From NCBI GenBank assembly GCA_030141605.1, contig JAQGDQ010000721.1:1-64000 (forward strand): a DNA stretch of 64,000 bases, written 5' to 3'. The translations under genes were made by a program, and so were the position numbers. Below the pieces are notes generated by a model. That model made no database searches and was not told the DNA's origin. It saw only the letters and a list, made by a program, of their open reading frames with translations. The first letter of the stretch is position 1. The number at the start of each line of letters is the position of its first letter. This document shows, piece after piece, positions 52,753 through 64,000 of this stretch. Source of the DNA: Tubiluchus corallicola. Its lineage: Eukaryota > Animalia > Priapulida.

Positions 52753-55700
52753 ATGCCTAAAGCAAAGAAGAAATCTAAGAAAATAACTTATGCCGAGAGC
52801 TTTCTAGTGGCTGCCACCACGCCCAAGTCTAAGTTGACGCCAACAAAGACACATGTGAGTTCTGATGATGACACAGATTCTGAACATGATGGCGATATCA
52901 GATCTTCCTTCCATGAAGATCAGGATAGTAACAACATAATGGATGAATTAGTGAAGCTGAGACGAGATTTTGCCAAACCATTTAAAACCATCTCGACTGA
53001 CCTGAGTTCCATTACGGAAAGTTAATATTTATTATCAAAGAAGTACGATGAGCTAAATGACAAATACGCAGATATTGTCTAACAGCTAAAAAAGACAAAT
53101 GTTGTTCTGAGAAAGGCTATAAATGACCTCGAGACAAAACTAGTGGAAAAAGAATCTGAAATTGATGCTCTAGAGCAGTATATGAGAAGAGATAATCTAC
53201 TCATAACTGGAATACCAGTCTTACCAGATGAAAACACGGCAGAGTTGGTTATCCAAGTTGCAGGAAAAATGAACATTAGTCTTGATGAAAGTGACATCAG
53301 CATTACACATAGGATCGTATCCCAAAAAGGAACTCCCCCTGTTATTGTCAAGTTCACGAGACGTATCACAAGAGACTTGGTGTACAAGAGGAGAATAAAT
53401 ACCCCAACATTAAAGGATCTAGAGTGCAATTTGAACGGTAAAGTTTATGTCAATGAATACTTAAAAAAGAACAGGAAAATATTATTCAACACATGCCAAG
53501 TAGCGAAACGAAATAATAATTTCTTAATGTTCTTAATGACAAACCAAGGACAAATTTACATAAGAAAAGCTGATAATTCTAAAGCTGTGAGAGTGAATTC
53601 TGAAAGGGATGTATTCAGATAATTCTAAAGCTGTGTAATCACTGGTAAGCCAGCCAAGAAAATTTCTGTAATTTCATATAGGTACGTGTTCTTATAAACC
53701 TCTTGTATTTTTGTATTTTAGCTTTGACTAATATATTTTTTATTTACCTCCTTAATTACTTAACTGCATATCCAAATATGAGTAATAATGATTGCACGTT
53801 TGCTTGTTCTGCCTGCACTAAACAATTTAAAGCAGACCAGTATTGTATACTGTGTACTTGTTGCAATCTTTGGTTACATTATAAGTGTTCGTGTTTGACT
53901 ATGGAACAATTTTTACAACTAGGTTCTAGCAATGACCCCTATTACTGTATTTGATGTATAAAGTCTATTTTTTCTTTTCAGAGCTGTGAAGATGACGAAA
54001 TTGATTATTTGTTTTCTGTGATTTCTCCTTTAACTAACTCTCTGTCACTGTCTTGTCTGTCTAAGTGCTCTTCACTATCAACTAACAGGTGGGATCCAAA
54101 TGACGCAGATAATTATGGGAACAATACTCTTAAATGAACTTCTAATTATAACAAAAATAATTCTGATTTACTAATAGTTCACTTTAATGTAAGCACCTTG
54201 CAAATTTTGGTAACATGACTGACGTCCTCAGTACTTTTCCTCAACCGCCTGAAATCATCGCCGTCTCCCAGACAAGGTTGAAAGATAATTCATCATTTAT
54301 GTGTAACTTGAACAACTACGTTTTTCTGAGTATTAATTCTAAATCCAATGCTGGTGGCAATGGTGTCTATATTAGAGATAATTTAAACTACTATATAAAT
54401 AATTCATATAAAATAGTGACTGAAACAAATAACCAAAGTAAACACGCAGGGTAAAGTATTAACTAAAATCTCAAAAATTAGTTTAGAAGATCTCTGAATC
54501 CGCGTATCAACATTAAACAATTCAAAGAGTATACTATTTGGCCTTATATATAGACATCCAAATACACCTGTTACACATTTTATAGAGGAAATGGACCGTG
54601 TGTTAACTGCTGTTCAACAATCTGGTACTATAGCTTGCATACGTGGTGACATTAATTTAAATTTATTACAGTTCGAGAGTATTTCAAATTACTTAAATGT
54701 ATTATTTTCTACTCAATTTGTTCCTCTAATTACAAGACCAACAAGATTATCAAAAACTCTAGTACCCTAATAGACCATATCTATACTAATGGTCTGATTA
54801 ACTCTAATGTATCGGGCATTATAACTTACAAAGTGGCGGACCACTTGCCTATTTTTGAAATTGTCAAAAATGCAAATCTGACTAAACAGAAAACTAAAAT
54901 TACAATTAGAGTTAAAACTAACTTTAATTCCTCTTCGTTTTTAAATGCCTTTTAGATTAATACTATTGATTATTATCTACTAATGAGGCCTTTGATCAGT
55001 TTTTTCAAACATTCAATCTAGTTCTCAATACTCATGTGCCTCTAAAAACTCTATCAAGACGTGAAGTGGTAACTTTTCACAAGCCATGGATAACACCAGG
55101 CATACTGAAATCTATTAAAACTAGAAGCCAACTGTTTAATACATTTAAAAACTCTAACAATGTTTATAATAGAAATAAATACAAAGTTTATTCGAACAAA
55201 CTCAACCATATAAAATATTTAGCAAAAAAAAGGTACTATCAAGAAACCTTGCAAAATAACAAAAATAACACAAAGAAACTTTGGTCAACCATAAATAGTT
55301 TAATGAATGTTAAATTGCAACAACGCATAACACCTAAAAAGGTATACAAAGATGGCATTCTCTCAAGTGATATAACTCATATCTGTTAAGTCATGAGCAC
55401 TTTTTTTGCTTCCATTGTCCTTGTATGGCATCTAAAATACAGCCAACGCAACTGTCATTTCAGTCTTTTCTAGGACGTCCTTTGCCAAACTGGTTTTTCT
55501 TAACACCCATTATTTAAGCTGAAGTAAATACAGCAATAAATAATTTGAATCAGAATAAAGCCTCCGGTCATGAAAACATTCATATACCTTTTTACAAATC
55601 AGCTGGTCTCTGTATTTCCCCTGTTTTAACTAAACTACGCTGGTCGTAACTAAATTGTTTAACAAGACTATTACTGAAGGTACATTCCCAAACTGTTTAA

Positions 55701-56720
55701 AGATAGCTAAAATATTTGAAAAATGATAAACGACAACAAAATTCTCTCTAGATTTCAGTTTGGGTTTTGCAAAAGATACTGCGCATCCTTAGCTATTGCT
55801 GAACTTACAGACAATCTGTTATTAAATATGGATAAAAAAAATACACCTGTGCCATATTTTTAGATTTATCAAAGGCCTGTGATACTGTACAAAATGATAT
55901 TTTATTAGCCAAACTTGAAAACTATGGTATTAGAGGCCTGCCTCTTGAATTGCTGCAGTCATATTTACATGGTAGAAAACAATATACATCTATCGTGAAT
56001 AAAAACTCAGATCTGGTAAATGTACAGTGTGGTGTTACGCAAGGCTCAACTCTTGGTCCCCTTTTTTTCTTACTCTACATAAGTGATCTCCCTTTAAATA
56101 CTCAATTACATAGTAGACTTTTTGCTGATGATACTAACTTTTTCAGTTCTGATCCTAACATAAATCTTCTAGAAGAATTTCTAAATGTTGAATTAGCTAA
56201 AGTAGATCTATGGACGAGAGCCAACAAGCTTTCTATAAACTATTCCAAAACTAAATATATGGTGTTTGGTAATCCCAGAAAAGTAAAAAATTTAACATTA
56301 AATTTGACAATGGGAAATGCCAGGATACAATCTGTACATCAATTGAAATATCCAGGAGTATTAATAGATCACAATCTTTCATGCAAAGCACTTATACAAT
56401 ATATTGTTAATAGAACCAGTAAAATTATAGGTATTTTTACAAAAATTAGGCATTTCCTGAGTTATGATTTGAAAAAACTTTTACATTCTTCCCTATTTTC
56501 ACCGTATTTAGAATACAGCATACTAACCTATGGCTCCGTTAGTAAAACTCTAATTAAGTCACTTAATTTACCAGTCAGTTGATTACTCAAACACTTATTC
56601 ATTACTACTGCATATTAAACTGTGAATTAGCATTTAATTTTCTTTGTTTTATTTTTTAGCTATTTTGTTTTAAATGTAGTGATGTTGTGTTTTGTAAAAT
56701 AAACTGTGGCTTGCATTAAA
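52753..56720 (+). mobile_element. Near full-length decayed L2/Crack-like LINE (ORF1 plus PHD-APE-RT ORF2)
   Basis: ORF1: EQYMRRDNLLITGIP, ISITHR, PPVIVKF, VYVNEYL. ORF2: PHD finger (53778-53950), APE (EIIAVSQT.L, GG.GVYI, IYRHPN, GDINLNL, IDHIYTN, DHLPIF), KPWITPGI, and RT (FLDLSKA, GVTQGSTLGPLFFLLYI.DL, LFADDT). Many stops and frameshifts. Confidence 0.93.
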
Positions 56721-56743
56721 ATAAACGCACAATATCAAATCAT

Positions 56744-57232
56744 TGTTCGTTGGCATCCTTCTGTCTCAGAAGACAATGGAGTGCACGCCAAGAGAATCAG
56801 TTATTGATCAATTGAAGGAGCTGCAGCGTCGACTGTGGCTGAACAGTGCGATCTTTTGAACGTCTCCAGGGCGCACGCCTGGGCAAGGTGCATGGAGATC
56901 CTGAGTTGCCCAGACAACAGGAACCCCCTCTCTTCCTCCCTGGTGTAGTCCAAAGAAAAGCGGAGCGATACGTTTGGCACCAGGTTCGCTGCAGGAGCTG
57001 CCAGAGTCAGTGAGCATGCTGCACTGGTCCGCCTTCGGGGCTCCACTCCACTGATTCAGAAGGTTTACTCCTCTACACATGGCCGTTGGGTCACTTGACC
57101 TCCTCTGCCCTCTAGCCATTGGCTGCTTGTGCAGCTCCTCCGCCTAGTGTCGAGATACAGTGTGGGCATCCCGCAGCCTACAGCACCTGGTATTCCTAGG
57201 CGTTTACCCATCCAAGTACTAACCAGGCTCAA
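56744..57232 (-). mobile_element. 5S rRNA-derived SINE (SINE3-like), 5'-truncated
   Basis: The reverse complement starts gcctggttagtacttggatgggtaaacgcctaggaataccaggtgctgtaggct (3' half of 5S rRNA), followed by a ~430-bp GC-rich body and a short caa-type tail. Confidence 0.8.
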
Positions 57233-58140
57233 AGCAGATATACTGTGTAGCCACTATGAAAGGAAAAAATCGGACTTAAAACCGTTTATTGTGTACTTGA
57301 TAAAATAAAAATGTCTAATTCTGTTTCAAACAAAATGTACAAAATAGTAGTAAAGCATTTTTTCGTTTTAAATTTTATACTGTACAAAATCAGTGTTTTA
57401 ATTTCTTAATTTCACTCACATTTTAGGTGCTTCAAGCAGAGTTTTAATTGCCTAGCTTCGAAACTAAGACAGCGCATCATTGTACTCGATAGAGAATGTA
57501 CAATAGGCAGGCAATAAGTGTCAATATCTTGTCAATAAGATTAAAAATTTGTGAAAGTGACTAGTGCCATTTTACCAATTGGCACAATCATTTTTAAATT
57601 ATTAGTCTAGCTAGTAAAGTCTTTCCAGCAGGTAAGTGAAATGCTACATAAAATAGATAGTTTACATGCACGTCACATAATGGTGCTGTCTGAACAGTAT
57701 TTCGGTAGATTTAAAATAAAAAGAAACGAAAATTCCTTTCAACACGAATACGATATGCGCATAAAATTGCTGTAAAGTTGTATAACATTTAAGGCGATAT
57801 ATTAAACCTACTTCAGGTTCCCTTTTTCTTGACATATAAAATACGATTGCACTGCTTCTGACATGTGGGTAAACCTATCTATGATTGCAGTGCTTCTGAC
57901 ATGTGTGTAATATTACTGGTGGCATATTTTGTAAAGCCTTAAATTGCGGATCCACTTCAGGGCCTCCATGCACAGCTTAATGGATTTGTAAAGTATTTGA
58001 GGTGAGATGCAGTTCACACCCAGCGCACAAAGAAAGATGTAATCTTGAGCAATTTCGTCTGGAAATTAATAATGATCGAAAATAATTATCCCCGCTTTTG
58101 AAATTTATAATCTCTACGGCAAATTCCTCAAAAAGCCCCA

Positions 58141-58675
58141 AATTTCAGACAAATAGAGAAACGCTCCCTGCACTCAAAAGAGAAGATTAATTATAAATCT
58201 TTTGAAATGTTTACCAGAGCGGTAGGTTACACCCGCTGACAAAGTAACATTTTAATCCCTAAATTTCAGACAACTTGAGACGTGCTCTCTGCACACAAAA
58301 GAGAAGATTAATTATAAATCTTTTGAAATGTTTACCAGAGCGGCAGGCTACACCCTGCTGACAAAGGAACATTTTAATCCCTAAATTGCAGACAACTTGA
58401 GACGTGCTCTCTGCACACAAAAGAGAAGATTAATTATAAATCTTTTGAAATGTTTACCAGAGCGGCAGGCTACACCCTGCTGACAAAGGAACATTTTAAT
58501 CCCTAAATTGCAGACAACTTGAGACGTGCTCTCTACACACAAAAGAGAAGATTAATTATAAATCTTTTGAAATGTTTACCAGAGCGGCAGGTTACACCCT
58601 GCCTGCAAAGGAACATTTTAATCCCTAAATTGCAGACAACTTAAGACGTGCTCTCTGCACACAAAAGGAGAAGTT
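58141..58675. repeat. ~121-122 bp tandem repeat, ~4.5 copies
   Basis: cagacaa...aaaagagaagattaattataaatcttttgaaatgtttaccagagcgg recurs at ~121-122 bp spacing. Confidence 0.95.
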
Positions 58676-60144
58676 TATATTCTGTAGACATTCTTGTCTG
58701 CATTTACTTTTCATCTCTTCTTGCATTCACTGGGGTTCCCAAGGTTAGCTAAACAAAAGCTTCTGCATTTTATTGACATACCTGTCTCTCTACTTGCTAA
58801 GCGTCTCTTCTTAACTCTTTCCCTGTGAGTTCCAGGGAGGCGGTTTAACTGAACAAAAAGCTTCTGCAGACTATTGACATTCCTGTCTATATTTGCTAAA
58901 CGTCTCTTCTTAACTCTTTACCTGTGAGTTCCAGGGAGGCGGTTTAACTGAACAAAAAGCTTCTGCAGACTATTGACATTCCTGTCTATATTTGCTTAGC
59001 ATCTTTTCTTAACTCTTTCACGAGGAGTTCCAGGGTGGCAGCTTAACCAAACAAAATCTTCTGCAGACTATTGATAATATTCTCTGTCTTTCAGCTCATT
59101 CTTTCCAGTATTTAAACAGTAAACAGGGTGTGACGAGTTTACTTAAGAATTCTGAAATCTGGTAAATTCCTTTTTCACAGTTTAACACAAAAAAGTAAAG
59201 TGTTCATCCATGTTTAAATCAAATATAAACGTATTAAATTTGAAAGTGCTTTTATTGAGCGTGATTTTGAAAAATATTTTTGCAAGCTTCTTCATCGCCA
59301 ATCAGTGTCTATAAATCACATGTTCGAAACTCATTTTATGCGAGGTTTAATCCTCATAAGAATGTATCATTATGGCTTATTTCCTCTAATTGTTGCAGAG
59401 TTTCTTGAACATGATTGCTTTTCTGAATAATAAAACATTTTATTTAGATAAGTAAACAACACACTGAATCAGTTTGCATCACTCTGCAAAGCAATGATTA
59501 AATCAGCTACTCCAAAAATTGGTAACTACATTGAGAAACTGCTGTGATGGATTAATCTTTCCATTTGATCTACTAGAATCTACTGCTGCTTCACAATGAA
59601 AGCTTTCGTCTCCCAAACCTTCAATTTGGGCTTTTGCCCTTTAGCGGAGTTGCCAGCCAGTGTAGACATAACTTTAACCGTTTGATTTGCCTCATCAAGA
59701 ACTTTCCCTCCCCCAATGTCCCCACATGTGTGAGTTATTGAAGGAACTAAAAGGTGAAAACAATAAAAATAAAAACCGGGGCTAAAATAAAAGGACTCTA
59801 CTGTGAGCAGAACCTTAGTTATGTCAAATATCTAGGTCTATTTTGAGATAACAAAATAATTTGGAAATAAATTAATAAATTATGCAAATTAGGCTCGTAC
59901 GTGGAAACTCTTTTAAAAGTTTACTTTGTAAAAATTTGTAATTCGACTCAAAAGTAATCAATTACTTAATAATCCAAAAACTAATACAGGGCCAAAAAAT
60001 GGCAAACTTTACATAACAAATGTATTTAGAATCATATAAAAACTGTCGCTATTAAGAAATCGTTATCGCACGTGCTATAGCAACAACCATCTTAAAATTA
60101 ACGAACTGTACCTCGGTGAATGTCTGTTATTTGTCTACAACTGC
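58670..60144 (+). repeat. Interspersed repeat homologous to 41885-42497, with an internal ~98-bp tandem expansion and a ~0.6-kb insert
   Basis: cttctgcagactattga occurs at ~58861, ~58960 and ~59058; homology to the 42-kb copy breaks at ~59475 and resumes at ~60060. Confidence 0.88.
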
Positions 60145-60569
60145 TGTGAAAGATATTTGTGAAGACGAAATTGAATACTGGTATAAACAACTAAACACAA
60201 GATTAAATATTTGCACAAGAACTGAAACACTTTTATTGCACTAAATACACATGAGTAAAATGCACAAGTAGAATGATGATCACAACTGCTGCACAGCACT
60301 GAGTGTGTGACAGAGAGACAGTGTGTAACATGACTGCACTGCCTGAGACAGAGAGTGACTAGCAGTGAAATCTAGCCAGTTTATATATGTAGAGAAGTAT
60401 GCAAGAACATGGCTTCACATATCCCATTACAGAAAAATAGGGGAGATACAGTGAGTTTGAATATTCATTGGAACATACAATTGCATTAAGGGGTGAATTC
60501 AACTAGTAAATGTTTAAAGTAACGAATCAATAGATGGCAGCACCTAAATATACAGTTATAACTTTCACA
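60145..60569 (-). mobile_element. 3' LTR (425 bp) of the BEL/Pao element
   Basis: Perfect 8-bp terminal inverted repeat TGTGAAAG...CTTTCACA; adjacent polypurine tract AAGGTGGGAGGA on the minus strand (60570-60581); minus-strand AATAAA near 60232. Confidence 0.93.
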
Positions 60570-63500
60570 TCCTCCCACCTTGAAACGAAAATAATTAGAG
60601 TGTCAATACATGTCAATACAATACAAAATGTCAAATAAATGAAACAATGCAAATTAGGAGGTATGTCATTAAAGATCAGGTGCATTCTAAGGGGTAGAGG
60701 AGACAAAGGGGACGGCGAGTAAGGCGTCCGTGACTCCTGATGTAGGCGGCTCGTGGATTTCCGTCTCGACCGGGAATCAGTGATTCGATCCTCCCTAGTG
60801 GCCAACGCCATCGAGGTAGAGGCTTGGAATGGACGAGAACGATGTCTCCTTCCTTCGGAGTAGCTGGAGATCTTGTCTTGGTTCTCCATTGTCATAAGGA
60901 TAGAAGGTACTCGTTCCTCCATCTGGACCAAAGATGTGTGCTGATGGTGAGACGATGTTTCCATCTCCTCTGTAGATCTTCAGGAGGTGGTGAATCGTGG
61001 ATGCCTATGTCCAAAAGTGCTGGTGGAGTAGCTCCAAAGATGAAGTGTCCTGGAGTCAAAGGTTCATCTCCGGACAAAACGAGAGGGCACCGATTGATGC
61101 GTTCCTCTAACTCTGTGACCACTGTGGTGAGTTCAGTCAGAGATAAAGATGTGCTGCCAAGTGTCTGGCGACAAGAACGTTTGATAGTTCCGATGAGTCT
61201 TTCCCAGTAACCTCCCCACCAGGGTGCAGCTTCAGGGATGAAGGTCCAGGTTAGACTCCTCTGCATGTGTTTCGCCAAGCTGACGAATGATCGAGCGTTG
61301 TCGCTGTAGAATTGTGCGGGTCCACGGCGTGCTAAGAACCGACGAATAGCTAGTCCAGTGTCCTTCTCATTGAGTGAGGTGACAACTTCCATGTGTATGG
61401 CTCTAGTGACGGCACATGTGAACAGAAGAACCCATGATTTGGTCTGGTCGCCAAGATACAATGGGCCGAAGTGATCAAGTCCAGTATGCGCAAATGGTCG
61501 CGCTTCTGTGACTCTGAATGGTGGAAGACTGCCTTCAGTAGAAGTGTATGGTCGTCCTTGAAGCTTCTTGCAGGAAACGCACTTCTGGAGAATCTTCTTG
61601 ACAGTCCTGTGAGGCTTTGGGAGCCAGTAGCATTTGCTAACTTCTGTAGCTGTTGTGGAAACGCCTTGATGATAAAGTTTGTGATGACAATCCATGATGA
61701 TAAGTGATGTAAGTGGCGAGCCTGGGTGTAACCAAGGTATCATCTGCTCACCATTTCTCGGTGTACACATAATGAGTTGAAGAGATTTGGACCACTGCGG
61801 ACGAGCATTCCAAAGTGAAGAAGAGGGAGTTACATCACCATCTTTTTGCAAGTTAAGTATGTCTGCAGAGTTGTAAACATACTGACTGTCTCTGAGAAGA
61901 GCGTTTATCGCCTTGACTCTCTCGTGTGGCGTAAGTGGTCCGCCGACGCGAGTTGACTTGAGGAGTCGTGAATTATGAACGAATCTGAGCACATAAGAGG
62001 TTATGTTTATAGCTCGTTGTAAGGAAGACCATCGGTCCACAGGAAAAAGTGGTGTCTTCTCTGAGTCTGTAAGAGGAGTTGTTACAGTGAGCAAAGTGGA
62101 GGACTTCTGTTCGCAGACAGAGTAGTTCGACTCCTCCCTGAGTGTGAGAAAAGGTGGACCATGTCTCCAAAGGTCCAGGTGTTGCAAGTAGAGTAGCTTG
62201 CAACCTCGAGTTGGCAGATCTGCGGGATTCTGCGAACTAGGTACGTGAGACCACTCGCATGCTTGCGAGAGTGTGTGGATCTCACGAACTCGATTCCTCA
62301 CGAACACGTCTTTTGGCATACTGCGTATCCATCCGAGTGTTACCATTGAGTCCGAGTAGAAATGTCTGAGACATGATGATAGGACTGGTACATGCTGCTG
62401 GATGTAAGTCCCTAGACGAGCCCCAAGAAGAGCAGCCATCAGCTCTAAACGTGGAAGAGTCAGAGTCTGTGGTTTAAGTGGGGCTAGTTTGCTCTTCGAA
62501 ATGAGTAAGTCGACATTGGTGTCTGTCTTGATGTACGCAACAGCTGCATAAGCTGCCTCACTAGAATCACAAAGGATGTGAAGTTCAGAGTGTGAAGTCA
62601 TTGGTACGTATCGAGGAAAGTGTATCCTGGATTCGTGTTGCTGTGTTTCCTCAATGAAACGACCCCATTGTACTGCAGTACTGGAAGGTAGTTCATCTTC
62701 CCAGTTGAGTGACTCTCTCCAGAGTGACTGAAAGAGAATCCTGAGACGTATGGTGAAGGGGGAAATAAATCCCAGAGGATCGAAAATCTTGGAGATTTCG
62801 GCTAGCATTTGACGCTTAGTGATGGGAGGTTCAGATGAAAGCTTCAGGCTGGCGGCTATGGTATCAGATTGATGGCACCAGCTGAGGCCAAGAACTTTGG
62901 TAAAGTCATCAGTGTTGCACTCCCACCGTTCTCTTGTAGAAGAGGAAGAAGTCTGCCAAGCACGAAGGTTCATGCCGGCACTGGCGAAGGCTTGAATAGC
63001 TTCGGATTTGAATGAATCGATGTCGGTTTCGTAGTCGCAACCGGATACGAGATTGTCGACATACATATTGTGCCTAAGAGAGGTGACTGTTGAAGTCGCC
63101 GGTAGGCTGTCTAGATGCATCGCAATGATGGCATGAAGAATGGCGGGGCTTGCAGAACAAATCTGCTGACGTGCTGTTTGCCGTCCAAGTCCCAAATGAA
63201 TTTGAGAAATTCTCGATCTGGAGGCGAGATTCCAATCATCAGGAAGGCTTTCTCGATATCAGCAATTAGACCAATTTGGTGACTGCGGAAACGTACCAGA
63301 ATGGCTAAAAGGTCGCTGAGCATGTTGGGACCGGTTACCAGACAATCGTTGATGCTGAGGCCAATGGTAGGCTTTGCTGAGCCGTTGAAAACAACTCGCA
63401 ACTTTGTTCCTTGGATGAGACTATGATGGGGTAGGAAATTGCCACCATCTGTGTTAGGTGCGTCTTCAATGATTCCAAGGGTTTGCCACTCTTTTAAAGA

Positions 63501-64000
63501 GTCTCTGTATCGATGTTGCCGTTCTGGAGGCAACCTGTAGAAAGATCGACTATGTGCCAAGGCTTGTTGTTTAGTGAACTGTGGACGTTCGAACCCAGCC
63601 CATGGCAAAGTAGTCTCGTATCGACCATCAATGTGTTTGATGGATAAAGGAAACTCGTCCTTTTCCGTGTCAGGATGAATGTTCATGGACTCCAACTGCC
63701 ACCAAGATTCACAGATATTGGCATCTGCATTCCTAGAGTACAGAGTGCGTACAAGAGGAACCAAGGAGGAATGTTGTGACAGGGAGTTAGGAACGCAACC
63801 ACTCAAGGTCCAACCAAAGATGGTAGGAATCAGCATAAGATTGGAGTGGAAGATGGGAGCATTAGGGGTAAAGATGTGAGGAAGGGCATCATTACCAACC
63901 AATACATCAATAGGCAATTGTAATTGACTGTAATCATCAGCATAATCTAAACCTTGTGGTAACATAGTTAAGCACGACAATTCAACACCCTGAAGGGGTG
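60145..64000 (-). mobile_element. BEL/Pao LTR retrotransposon (pol: protease-linker, RT, RNase H, integrase); continues beyond the window
   Basis: PTIFGWTLSG, LPHH, KLRVVFNGS, ADIEKAFLMI, MYVDN, KIFDPLG, LCDSSEAAY, LPRLEL, YSDS, NPADLPTRG, HHCC zinc finger, GLDHFGP, SDNARSF, PWWGGYWERLIG and RWRNEYL. Frameshift/deletion near 63180; premature stop at 60892. Confidence 0.97.

Noticed and set aside
57175-57232. Functional 5S rRNA gene
   Set aside because: Only the 3' half is present, with no oligo-T terminator, and it is fused to a SINE-like body.
60527-62285. Small ORFs overlapping the BEL element
   Set aside because: Alternative-frame or antisense by-products of the GC-richer pol and LTR sequence.

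Overview
AT-rich (roughly one-third GC), intron-containing eukaryotic DNA, most likely from an invertebrate animal; the taxon cannot be determined from the window. Two apparently intact two-exon Golgi sulfotransferase genes are present: an HS6ST-type heparan sulfate 6-O-sulfotransferase on the minus strand (48421-51610) and a CHST8-14/HNK-1ST-type carbohydrate sulfotransferase on the plus strand (18533-21618). Broken relatives of the same glycosaminoglycan-sulfation pathway lie nearby: an inverted, internally deleted HS6ST exon-2 copy, a disrupted NDST N-sulfotransferase exon not shown in the ORF track, and a possible very old HS6ST-like relic. The window also holds a frameshifted cyclase-family (kynurenine formamidase/isatin hydrolase-like) gene and a tandemly amplified piece of glycogenin coding sequence. 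Mobile DNA is dense: a BEL/Pao LTR retrotransposon with a clear 3' LTR, two decayed CR1/L2-group LINEs, a hAT deletion derivative with TIRs and 8-bp TSD, two copies of a decayed DDE-type transposase each attached to a different 29-bp minisatellite, a Polinton/Maverick protease remnant, 5S- and tRNA-derived SINE-like pieces, and an unclassified LTR-like repeat family. No CRISPR array or prokaryotic system is supported. All alignments were done by eye, so repeat boundaries are approximate.
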